Made by a program: the position numbers and the translations under genes. From Microcoleus sp. D2_18a_B4 (GTDB lineage Bacteria > Cyanobacteriota > Cyanobacteriia > Cyanobacteriales > Microcoleaceae), in NCBI GenBank assembly GCA_036702475.1, contig JAUBTL010000010.1: 24,000 bases of DNA; one strand, written 5' to 3'. This document shows, piece after piece, positions 1-8,663 of this stretch. Position 1 is the first letter of the stretch; the number at the start of each line of letters is the position of its first letter. Under the pieces are notes generated by a model that saw only the letters and a program-made list of their open reading frames with translations, had not been told where the DNA came from and made no database searches.

Positions 1-287
1 GGATCTACAAACAAACAGTTGCTAGGAAATCCTGTATAGCCACAGAATCGCTTACCCGATGAGAGTGAGCCAATTCCCACAGCTCGGATTGCTATCCCTT
101 GTGTTTCCAGCCGTTGAGCGTCCCGCTGCAACCACCAAGCATATTCAAGGCTGTCGAAATCTCCCAATTGTGGCAAGAACAGAACCAATTGCCTCATAGA
201 GGAATCGCAACCGCTCAAGATGGGTAAAACGGCTCCATCACTCACCCGTTGGCGTGAGGTTTGGCTCAAGAGGGTATGGATATTCAT
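1..287 (-). CDS. Thioredoxin-fold / peroxiredoxin-like (AhpC/TSA-like) protein; the N-terminal part lies in the window and the 3' end runs off the left edge
   Basis: I translated this by hand from ATG (complement of 285-287): MNIHTLLSQTSRQRVSDGAVLPILSGCDSSMRQLVLFLPQLGDFDSLEYAWWLQRDAQRLETQGIAIRAVGIGS... The frame stays open to position 1. The LPQLGDFDSLEYA motif is typical of the cysteine-less thioredoxin-like family. The ORF is missing from the supplied track because it has no stop codon inside the window. Confidence 0.6.
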   Translation of the reverse strand, partial: MNIHTLLSQTSRQRVSDGAVLPILSGCDSSMRQLVLFLPQLGDFDSLEYAWWLQRDAQRLETQGIAIRAVGIGSLSSGKRFCGYTGFPSNCLFVD

Positions 288-739
288 CGGCTAATTATCT
301 ATTGAGGAATTGGGAAAGTAGAAAATCATCAATTGTTGGACAGATGCTTTACTCACATCAAATCGGGCGGCTACTTTCGGAATTGATGTATCACCTGGTT
401 GAGATGCTTTGACTATCGCGCTTGAGCTGGCAGGGTATGTCTAGCTGTGCTACTTTACCACAGATAAGCCGGTGATTAGAGGCGATCGCCAATCCTCTCT
501 CCGGTTCGCAGACTCAATAAAATTGGTGCCGACAAGCGTGAAATATTTTGGCAGACTAACTGGAATCAGCGTCAGTTCACGGCATCTGTAGGTAGCTTTT
601 CGCTCGGCTTTCCCAAATAAAGAATACCGAGAGCAAGTAGCTCCCGGTATCAGCTTTTCCAGTTCCGTTGTTGCGCGAGTAAATCCAATCAGGCTCAATT
701 TGGGGAAATTTGCCTCACTCGATTAAGCACAGCCGCTCG

Positions 740-1222
740 TTATTGGTTAGCCTGTTCCAAAGCTGGATTTGTTGAAGCTCCAGCAATTTCGGCTAAATTA
801 ATCTTGACGACTTTATTGCGAGCTTCAGTCACTTTGGGCAGTGTTAGCGTTAGAATCCCATCTTTGCATTCAGCTTGCACAGAGTCGTTTTGAATGTGTG
901 CCGGCAAGGAAATTACCCGGTGGAATTTGCCATATCGGAATTCAGAGCGGACGTACCCCGATTTCTCGTCTGTGTTTTCGTAGCGGCGTTCGCCAGAGAT
1001 AGAAATTGCTTCACGAGTGACTTGAACGTCAATGTCTTTGGGGTCAATTCCGGGCAGTTGCGCTTTTAATACGAAGTTGTCCCCAGCATCAGCCAATTCC
1101 AGAGCGGGCATCCAAGTGGCTTCTGAATTATCTCTCGTTGTTGCCAGTTGGTCAAAAACTTTATCGAGTTGCTGACGGATGGTTTCAATTTCCGTGAAGG
1201 GTTGCCAAGAGCGCATCAACAT
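740..1222 (-). CDS. hspA: Small heat-shock protein, Hsp20/alpha-crystallin family
   Basis: 160-aa ORF. The alpha-crystallin domain is clear (WMPALELADAGDNFVLKAQLPGIDPKDIDVQVTREAISISGERR...FRYGKFHRVISLP...AECKDGILTLTLPK). A GAGGTG Shine-Dalgarno sequence sits just upstream of the start. The true start could be the third codon (Met at 1216). Confidence 0.92.
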   Translation of the reverse strand: MLMRSWQPFTEIETIRQQLDKVFDQLATTRDNSEATWMPALELADAGDNFVLKAQLPGIDPKDIDVQVTREAISISGERRYENTDEKSGYVRSEFRYGKFHRVISLPAHIQNDSVQAECKDGILTLTLPKVTEARNKVVKINLAEIAGASTNPALEQANQ

Positions 1223-2032
1223 AATGTGTCACCTCAAAGATTGGTAATGCTTTATGAGTTTGTTTGGGTTGAAGCTCATTGCTTACAGTTATTATGATGC
1301 CGCTTCCCAAGTGGGAGGAACAGTCAGGAGAACCCAACCTTATTGGTCGTATTTGCCAGAATGGACGTGAAAGAACCAGGGGGAATTGGGATTGAAGAAA
1401 ACCGTACAAAGCTATTCCTAGAAACCGAAAATGCTGTAGCAACGCCATGAGCTTGCCTCGCCCGTTCTGCTGGCGTGTGAGCGTCGGGGGAAGGATCGGC
1501 GGTGTTGCCAACCGTACCAAAAGCACGGTGCGGGTGGTGTGTAGCACCGTAAGGATGTGCAGAGCGGGCGTGAGCTGCTTTCCAATAGCCATCGCTTGCT
1601 GTATGAGGGATCTCGGATAATCCCCTTCTTAAAAACAAAGTTTTGATATAGCTAGCTGCGGGAGTGGGAGTCCCACATTAACGCCTCCACAAGCCGAGTG
1701 TTACCCACAGCTACTTAATAAATTCTCCCAAGCAGTAATTCAAAACAGCCAAGACACCTTCATTGTCTAATGACAATGAAACAATTGTGTGACTGGTTTG
1801 CTTGCATCTTCCTCATGATGGCTGCCGCTTTCCGCTTTAATAACTATCCTTTTTTTCGCTCTATTTATGCTTCTTTTTTAGCGAGCCAACCCTCAGCGTG
1901 AACAATTAAACTCATCAATTTTTCGTAGTCAGTGCATAGGACAACATATAGGCTAGAATGATCAAGCCGATTTCCTAAACCGGAACATTAAAAACTAGAA
2001 AACCTACACATTAAAGTCGGCTCCGTAAAAGA

Positions 2033-2063
2033 AGAATCCCCGAAATAGAATTTCGAGGATTCT
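2033..2063 (-). terminator. Candidate intrinsic terminator of norB
   Basis: 14-bp stem with one mismatch (agaatccccgaaat / atttcgaggattct) and a 3-nt loop, 49 nt downstream of the norB stop. On the minus strand the hairpin is followed by TCTTTTAC. Confidence 0.55.
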
Positions 2064-2111
2064 CAAGAAAATCAAAAATTTGACCACAATCCTGAAGCTA
2101 AAAAACCAGAT

Positions 2112-4421
2112 TTAGCCTTCAGTGGGATAAGGTTTCTCCTGACTTGGTAGACTGGGAGTGCGGAAAATCGCAATAATCGCACGTACCACGAAGATAAACA
2201 TTGCCAGCGCCCCAATAGAAAAGATCACATCACCAGGAACCCTTGTCCAAACCGTCCAGTGCATCCATTGGGAACCCATCACCGTTTCACCCCGTGCATA
2301 CCAAGTTCCGTAATTGATCGACTGGGTAAGCTGGTAAAAACCATTCGGAATCGGCCCAAATAGCAGCATCACCACCAAACCAATATTTAGGAACCAGAAC
2401 GAGAACTTTAGCTGCTTCTCATTCCATACCGATTCCGGCGTAAATTCCCGCAGGGCAAACAACATTAGTGCTAATGCCAGCGACCCATACACCCCAAACA
2501 GCGCTCCATGCGCGTGAATAGCGGTTGTATTCAAGCCTTGAGAGTAATAGAGAATACTAGGCGGGTTGATCAGGAAACCAAACACCCCTGCCCCCACCAA
2601 ATTCCAAACGCAGGTAGCAATAAAGAACCGTAGAGGCCAGCGATAGAAACCTTCCGCCTCCCGTGAAAGCTTCAGCGTTTGCAACACCTCAAAGCCAATC
2701 AAGGTGAGGGGAATCACCTCCAAAGCAGAAAAGACAGACCCAACTGCCGCAATAAACACCGGAGTTCCCGAGAAATACAGGTGGTGCAGCGTTCCCACAA
2801 CACCACTACCCAAGTAGAGGATTGTAGTCAGATATGTTGCCCGTAATGCTGAGGACTTTTTCAAGAAGCCTAACTCACTACACAAGTAGGCAATCACCAC
2901 CGTGGCGAACACTTCAAAAAAGCCTTCGACCCACAGATGCACCACCCACCAGCGCCAGTATTCGGCAATACTCAACGGAGTCCGGTTCGTGTAGAACAGT
3001 CCCACCGAGTAGAACAGGGGAATCGTAATCGCACTGTAGAGGAAAAAGTGACTTAATCCTGTCGGGCTTTTCTCCTGTTGTAAAGCCGGGCGGAAGGCAC
3101 GGTACATCAGGAATAGCCAGAACACCATCGCCACAATCAGGAGAACTTGCCAGACCCGCCCTAACTCAATATACTCATAGCCTTGATGCCCCCACATAAA
3201 GCTATCTTCAATGCCGAGAATCCCTTGAATGGCGGCCCATGACCCCACAAGGGAACCCACCACCACAACGGTCAAAGCACCTAACAACACCAGGTTTCCC
3301 ACCGCCTGACCTTTCGGTTCAATACCTCCAAAGCGCGGCGCAAAGTAAAGTCCTGCAGCTAACCAGCAGGTAGCAATCCAGAATATCGCCAGTTGCACGT
3401 GCCAGGTGCGGGATGCTGCATAGGGAAGAAATTGTGCTAGGGGAATGCCATAAAAACTATCGCCTTCAACGGCATAGTGTGCCGTTACCATTCCCATCGC
3501 CATTTGCACCATAAATAGTGCCATTGCCACACCAAAAAAGAGTGAGGTGGTTTTCTGGCTGGCCGTCGGGATTCGCACGGTGGGACGAGTGGTGACCGAC
3601 TGGAGGTCGTCTACACTTTCACGAGTCAAGTAAAGCAGTAGAAATCCACCGGTTCCGGCAATCAGCAGCACCACGGAAATGATTGACCACAGAATGAATT
3701 GTCCGGGTTGTTCATTTCCAATCAGGGGGTCGTGAGGCCAATTGGCGGTGTAGGAAAAAGTCGCGTTGGGACGATTGGCGGCAGCAGCCCACGCAGTCCA
3801 GGCAAAGAACGCCGTGACATCATGAATCTGGGATGGCTCTTTAAACCAGCCATGCGGAATCGAGTGAATGACGGAACCGTAGGTCAGCAAATGTTCATAG
3901 TCGGCAAAGACTTGTTTTAGTCCCTGTGTCTGAGCGTCAGTCAGTAGCAATTTATGGGTGTTCGGGTCATACCGATTGGTTTTGAATTGCTCGCTGATTG
4001 TGGCTTGCAACGCTGCCCGTTCTGGTGCAGGCAATGCTTCTAAATCACTCTGGCTCATAGCGGGGTCATTGTTGTGCAAAACCCCGGCGGTGGCTAATCC
4101 CCAGCGATGCAATACATCTGCTGTCCAGTCGGGAGCGAGGTAGCTACCATGTCCCCAAATACTGCCGATGTGCTGACCACCCCTTGCTAGGTAAGTGGCT
4201 TGACCATCCTGAATCTGTGCTTTTGTGATCACAATCTCCTGTTTTGGAGACTGGATTACATCAGGTAAAGGGGGAGCATTTTTCCAAATGGCAGCCCCTG
4301 CTGCTAGGAGAGCGGTAAAAGCAATGATACAGATTAGTACCAACCAAGCCGGAAGACCTAGGGCTAATCGTCTATGAGGAGGTGCCAGTATTTCAGGACT
4401 GGCTATCTGAGAATCTGTCAT
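2112..4421 (-). CDS. norB: Nitric-oxide reductase large subunit, quinol-dependent type (qNOR; heme-copper oxidase superfamily)
   Basis: 769-aa polytopic membrane ORF. It has an N-terminal extension with a single transmembrane helix followed by a soluble domain. Heme-copper oxidase signatures are present: WWVVHLWVEGFFE, GTLHHLYF, HAHGALFGVYG. The length matches single-subunit qNOR rather than the ~450-aa cNOR NorB. Confidence 0.88.
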   Translation of the reverse strand: MTDSQIASPEILAPPHRRLALGLPAWLVLICIIAFTALLAAGAAIWKNAPPLPDVIQSPKQEIVITKAQIQDGQATYLARGGQHIGSIWGHGSYLAPDWTADVLHRWGLATAGVLHNNDPAMSQSDLEALPAPERAALQATISEQFKTNRYDPNTHKLLLTDAQTQGLKQVFADYEHLLTYGSVIHSIPHGWFKEPSQIHDVTAFFAWTAWAAAANRPNATFSYTANWPHDPLIGNEQPGQFILWSIISVVLLIAGTGGFLLLYLTRESVDDLQSVTTRPTVRIPTASQKTTSLFFGVAMALFMVQMAMGMVTAHYAVEGDSFYGIPLAQFLPYAASRTWHVQLAIFWIATCWLAAGLYFAPRFGGIEPKGQAVGNLVLLGALTVVVVGSLVGSWAAIQGILGIEDSFMWGHQGYEYIELGRVWQVLLIVAMVFWLFLMYRAFRPALQQEKSPTGLSHFFLYSAITIPLFYSVGLFYTNRTPLSIAEYWRWWVVHLWVEGFFEVFATVVIAYLCSELGFLKKSSALRATYLTTILYLGSGVVGTLHHLYFSGTPVFIAAVGSVFSALEVIPLTLIGFEVLQTLKLSREAEGFYRWPLRFFIATCVWNLVGAGVFGFLINPPSILYYSQGLNTTAIHAHGALFGVYGSLALALMLFALREFTPESVWNEKQLKFSFWFLNIGLVVMLLFGPIPNGFYQLTQSINYGTWYARGETVMGSQWMHWTVWTRVPGDVIFSIGALAMFIFVVRAIIAIFRTPSLPSQEKPYPTEG

Positions 4422-5014
4422 CTATCTCACCTTAAAAAAATATTAAATAGGCAAGGAAATATTCTTCGCTTTTTTGAGCATCGGCTATTACCAAAGAGCC
4501 GACTTACTACAAGAGTAAGATAAGATTTTGGTGATGGAAAAAACTTTAACAAATAAAATAGTTTCGCAATATAATTTATTACTTCCGAAGCTGCCTGTTC
4601 AATTGCTTTGCCGGCGACCAAGGTAATCCCAAGGGTGGAAGTAAAACTAGATTCAAAGCGGATCTAACATTAAATTATTTCCCTTAAAATATTTAAATCA
4701 TAGTCATCTATCTTAAGAGTGAAGTGTGATAGGGAAAGTCCAAAGTAAAGTTTTTGTAGCTAAGTATGAAAGTAATAACCGAACAGTTCGCATCGAGTCC
4801 AGTGTTTGCTCAACAGCAACCCGATCGGCTAGCAGAGTTCTGGTAAACGAATACGGGATTCGCTATCTTGAAGACTTAGACGCTCGGAAAGCTGCTCCAA
4901 ATCTTGTAGCGATTGCTAATCTTATCTAGTTTGATGAACCTGCCACAAGTCCTTATAGTTCTGTGATGATGGGTAACTGCTGTGGGGTTTAGTCAGAGGC
5001 GATCGTACTTTTGC

Positions 5015-5518
5015 TCAGTTAATCCCCTCTGGCAAGTACAAATCATCCCCCGGAAGTCGCCGCTCGATCACTTCTTGCCGATTTTCCAACATAACCGAAT
5101 CAACGAATTTACCAAACCGCACATTGTACTCACTTTCAGTGCGCTTGATGCTAAATGCTGCATCAGCCCGCCGTTCGATGGATTCTGCCATGCTGGCTTG
5201 AACTAAAGCTTGAGCTTTTACGTTGCCTTTGCCTACTTCATGCAACCAATATGCTGTAGCTAATGCAATGGGAATAGGCTTGATTAATTGAGCGTTACCT
5301 TCCACTGGAATGCTTTGAGCTTGCGTAAAATTATATCCGCCAAAAGGCAGAGCCAAGGGCGATTTCCCAGTGAGAAACCGGCTCAAGGCGCTGCCCTTTT
5401 TATCCACCGCACCCATAACCCCAATTGCATCGACTTTGTAGCCGCCGTCGGGTAGCTGGTAAACGTGAAGCGGAATTACACCTAAAAGGATGGTGGCGGA
5501 AATAGCTTTAACTGTCAT
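5015..5518 (-). CDS. Hypothetical protein (167 aa); no family confidently recognised
   Basis: Long ORF in an otherwise ORF-poor stretch. The overlapping plus-strand ORF (4982..5206) is shorter and looks antisense. I cannot name any recognisable catalytic motif. Confidence 0.55.
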   Translation of the reverse strand: MTVKAISATILLGVIPLHVYQLPDGGYKVDAIGVMGAVDKKGSALSRFLTGKSPLALPFGGYNFTQAQSIPVEGNAQLIKPIPIALATAYWLHEVGKGNVKAQALVQASMAESIERRADAAFSIKRTESEYNVRFGKFVDSVMLENRQEVIERRLPGDDLYLPEGIN

Positions 5519-5673
5519 TTCTTAGTTCAAATAATTTACAATTGCCAAAGATTAGCCTGTTTTTGACTAATTAATCAACGATATCTCTGAGCAAAGAATT
5601 TAGTTTGCGGACTACCGAACCTAGCAAGTAGTGTTTGCTCTACATAGAGTAATCCACTGCTGAGAATGATGAC

Positions 5674-6036
5674 TTAGAACTTCGCGTTGGCCGTTTTAGG
5701 TCGCAGAACTTCGACATTCAGCTCTAGTTTTTCTCCCAGCCACAAAGAATGTGTTGTATGGTCTGCCACATCGTCGCCTGTTTCGGGATGGACGAGAATA
5801 TCTAACCCCTCGCGGTGGAGCATCAACCAGGGAACGACTTTGCCAAACTGCGGGGGTAAAAACGCAACTTGATACATCGCTTGGGGGTGGGGCCCAACGG
5901 GTTTATCGTGCCAGCGCCCTAGCTGCACCTCAAACTGAGCCAATCCTTCACGCACGCGCGATGCTGCATCGCGGCTATCATTGTCAAAGTAAATATGTGC
6001 GTGAAAACCAACAATTTCGATGGTGTCTGCTTTCAT
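5674..6036 (-). CDS. DOPA 4,5-dioxygenase family protein (aromatic ring-cleaving dioxygenase-like)
   Basis: 120-aa ORF. The pattern GFHAHIYF...GPHP...ILVHPETGDDVADHT..SLWLG and the ~120-aa size are typical of the DOPA-dioxygenase (PF08883-like) family. Confidence 0.75.
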   Translation of the reverse strand: MKADTIEIVGFHAHIYFDNDSRDAASRVREGLAQFEVQLGRWHDKPVGPHPQAMYQVAFLPPQFGKVVPWLMLHREGLDILVHPETGDDVADHTTHSLWLGEKLELNVEVLRPKTANAKF

Positions 6037-6168
6037 GATTTTCAGTGGGGTATTATGGGGAGGTTCATTGCAGCCAAATCCAACAAAGAAGTATACCCTA
6101 GCTTATTAATTTTACCTGCGAGTAAACATTACTCTTTCACAATACCGCCTATATTTCAGGGTGAACCA

Positions 6169-7447
6169 ATGACTCAAGAAAACAACTGGTTTGAGACAGC
6201 ACGATTGGGAATGTTTGTTCATTGGAGTCATAGCAGCCAGTGCGGGTACGAAGTATCAAAGGCGGTTAGTGGGAGGCGTCTTTAGCTTGCCGTACTGCCA
6301 AGATGTCCCGGTAGCCGACTATCACCGCAGCGCCCAAACTTTCAATCCGACTGAATACGACCCTCAAACTTGGGCGCATTTAGCGAAACGCTTGGGGATG
6401 CAGTATGTGATTTTGACGGCTAAACATCATGATGGATTTTCCTTATTTCATACCCAGGAATCCGACTTTTCTATCGAGTATGCGCCGTACAAAAAAGATA
6501 TTGTCCGAGAATTTGTGGAGGCGATGCGGGCGGAGGGTTTGCGAATTGGGTTGTATTTTTCCTTAATTGATTGGCATTACCCTGACTATCCGGCTTTCAC
6601 CGAAGCCGATAAACCGTATCAGTTTGGGAAATTCCGACAGCCGACGACTTCGAGCGTGGGAGCGCTACCTTGAATTTATGTTCGCTCAAGTCAAAGAATT
6701 GTTGAGCAACTACGGAGAGATTGACTTGAAGAGGTTTGATGGCGGTTGGGAGCGAAAGCCAGAGGAATGGCAAGCTAGACAGCTACATGAAATGATTCGC
6801 TCGCTGCAACCGCATTTGCTAATCAACTCACGCCTCAGAGGATTTGGAGACTTCGATACCTGCGAACAATTCATTCCCCCCCAACCGCCTCAACGTACTT
6901 GGGAAGCTTGCCTAACTCTGAATGAAAGCTGGGGTTATAACCCTCTATGACACCCAATTCAAGTCAGCTCGCCAACTTATTCATACCCTCTGTGAAGTTG
7001 CAGGTAAAGGTGGCAATCTGCTGTTGAATGTCAGCCCTATGGGCAACGGGCAGATTCAATCCGAACAATTGGATTTGTTGCAATTCGTAGAAGCATGGAT
7101 GAGTGTCCATGCCCAGAGTATCGTAGGAACACAGCCTGGACTGGAACCTTGGCAATTCTACGGCCCTTCTACTCGGCGGGGCAATCGCTTTTACCTATTC
7201 TTGCTGATGAAGCCCTACGAGTCAGTAACAGTAAGAGGTGTACCCATTAAACGGATTCAAGCCGTTTCTAAAGTCGCTGGAGGGGAATCATTACAATACT
7301 CAACTCGCTGTGCGATTGTCGATTCTATGTTAAGTCCCGATCCAAGGCGGGGAGTTAACGATTCAAGTGCCTGAACAAGCTCTCAATCCCTATGCTACGG
7401 TGATTGCAGTTGATATTGCTCCAGCCAATGATAGAACAAGGATGTAA
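6169..7447 (+). pseudogene. GH29 alpha-L-fucosidase, disrupted by four frameshifts
   Basis: One continuous fucosidase-like protein is split over five reading-frame segments: MTQENNWFETARLGMFVHWSHSSQCGYEVS | LVGGVFSLP...LTAKHHDGFSLFHT...LYFSLIDWHYPDYPAFTEADKPYQFGKFRQPT | WERYLEFMFAQVKELL...WEACLTLNESWGYNP | YDTQFKSARQLIHTLCEVAGKGGNLLLNVSP... | ELTIQVPEQALNPYATVIAVDIAP. The shifts lie at about 6255-6285, 6640-6672, 6935-6950 and 7335-7375. Confidence 0.85.
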
Positions 7448-7469
7448 CCAGTGTAGCGATCGCACTTCT

Positions 7470-7864
7470 TCACTTCCTACCCCAGTTGCTTTTGGCATCC
7501 AACTCAACATCACTCAGCATTTTGGGTGCCCTTTCGTACAAACCCCGCAGCACGACCTTGACATTAGGAAACGCGAAATACTTAGCTAGGCAGGCCGATG
7601 CAATGGGGGCTAGGGCGTGTTTTCTTGCCTCGTTGTATCCTAAAAATAGGCGATCGTAGGCAGGGAGTCTGGATGAATCGAGGAGACCAGCCCTGTCAAG
7701 GTGCGGGAAGCTAGTCGTTCAGTTAATGTCAATAAGCGGCCTGAATTTTCAAGAACCTTTAGGAAGAAGCGAAAATTCTTATAAATGCCTACAGTTGGAG
7801 ATATTTTCTTTGTAATCAACTCGTATAATTGTCCTATTCCCTCGAAAATTTCCACGTTAAACAA
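7470..7864 (-). pseudogene. Hypothetical gene apparently broken by one frameshift near 7640-7650
   Basis: The 74-aa ORF 7640..7864 ends ...IHPDSLPTIAYF*. An adjacent frame continues without a stop as FLGYNEARKHALAPIASACLAKYFAFPNVKVVLRGLYERAPKMLSDVELDAKSNWGRK* (stop at 7470-7472). No family assignment. Confidence 0.3.
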
Positions 7865-7974
7865 CCCTGACAGTCTCTAACAAACCCACCTATCATAGGA
7901 AGAATGTCTCAGACATCACAGGCGTGAGAAACTTAATTAAGTTAATCCCCCTCTAGCTGCAGTCCAGACGGGAT

Positions 7975-8157
7975 TTAAGGAGACTTTTTCCTTTTTGCCT
8001 CGGCAAGAAGTTTAGCAGTAGAAACATGAGGATGAGCTGGGTCATACGTTGGTTTGGGCTTGGATTTCTTTGGTCCTCGGACTGAAGAAGAAAATCTCTC
8101 AAGTCGTACTTGATTGGCTAAATCGTTTAGGGTGTTGCTAAATTCAGAGATAGTCAT
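7975..8157 (-). CDS. Small hypothetical protein (60 aa), divergent from tnpA; possibly a gene remnant
   Basis: ORF MTISEFSNTLNDLANQV...RGPKKSKPKPTYDPAHPHVSTAKLLAEAKRKKSP. The basic C-terminus resembles transposase tails, but I cannot assign a family. A hairpin (aatccc/gggatt) overlaps its stop. Confidence 0.3.
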   Translation of the reverse strand: MTISEFSNTLNDLANQVRLERFSSSVRGPKKSKPKPTYDPAHPHVSTAKLLAEAKRKKSP

Positions 8158-8191
8158 TTGCTGAAAAATTTGCTATGTTGGTTTGCAAGTA

Positions 8192-8629
8192 ATGACAACT
8201 ATTTACCGCAGGGAACGCCATTCTGTTACAGAACTTAAGATACACTTGGTCTGTGTGACAAAGTATCGTCGGTCTGTCTTCACAGGTGAAAGTATTGATT
8301 TGATTGAAAAGTCGTTTCGAGAGGTGGCTGAAAAAATGAATTTTCAAGTGCTGGAATTCAATGGCGAAGGCAATCATGTTCACGCGCTGATTGAGTATCC
8401 GCCTAAGTTGTTTATCTCTCAAATAGTTAACGCATTAAAAGGCGTTTCTAGCCGTCGTTACGGACAGGCTGGACATAAGAAGCCCCATAAAGAAGCATTG
8501 TGGAGTCCTAGCTATTTTGCTGTTTCTGTAGGGGGTGCGCCCTTAGAAGCTTTAAAGGAGTATATTAGAAATCAAGAAAAGCCGTCCACTGAAGAAGGGG
8601 CTGGTATCCCAATTTCTTGGTCAATCTAA
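8192..8629 (+). CDS. tnpA: IS200/IS605-family Y1 (HUH) transposase TnpA
   Basis: The ~145-aa ORF carries the family hallmarks: LKIHLVCVTKYRRSVF at the N-terminus, the HUH motif in GNHVHALIEYPP, SRRY, LWSPSYFAVSVGGAPLEALKEYI, and the catalytic-Tyr region. ATG at 8192 is the preferred start; the track ORF begins at TTG 8183. Confidence 0.9.
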   Translation: MTTIYRRERHSVTELKIHLVCVTKYRRSVFTGESIDLIEKSFREVAEKMNFQVLEFNGEGNHVHALIEYPPKLFISQIVNALKGVSSRRYGQAGHKKPHKEALWSPSYFAVSVGGAPLEALKEYIRNQEKPSTEEGAGIPISWSI

Positions 8630-8663
8630 TCCAGTGGTAAAAAAGTTAAAGTTGATGGTAGAA

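Noticed and set aside
291-420. Helix-turn-helix-like peptide on the minus strand (…DTSIPKVAARFDVSKASVQQLM…) that resembles the N-terminus of IS630-type transposases
   Set aside because: The frame is open for only about 43 codons. It has no start codon and no downstream transposase body. At best it is a tiny relic, which is too weak to annotate.
450-698. 82-aa minus-strand ORF
   Set aside because: It has a TTG start, no Shine-Dalgarno sequence and no recognisable motifs. It cannot be distinguished from a chance ORF.
1290-1640. RNase P RNA or cobalamin riboswitch in the GC-rich island
   Set aside because: There is some local resemblance (GGAGGAACAGTCAGGAG versus the RNase P GAGGAAAGTCCGGGCTC core, and AGTCAGGAGAACC versus the B12 box). 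However, the universally conserved cores are not intact, the other expected conserved blocks (for example GCCACTG) are absent, and no gene lies downstream on the plus strand for a riboswitch to control.
2834-4143. Plus-strand ORFs 2834..3028, 3699..3920 and 3958..4143
   Set aside because: They are antisense shadows within norB.
4427-4929. ORFs 4427..4621 (-) and 4726..4929 (+) in the norB upstream region
   Set aside because: They lie in AT-rich promoter-like DNA, have non-ATG or weak starts, and show no motifs. I treat this as intergenic.
5995-6168. N-terminal extension of the fucosidase reading frame (track ORF starts at 5995)
   Set aside because: It overlaps the divergent DOPA-dioxygenase gene. 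The homologous fucosidase sequence begins at the ATG at 6169 (MTQENNWF…).
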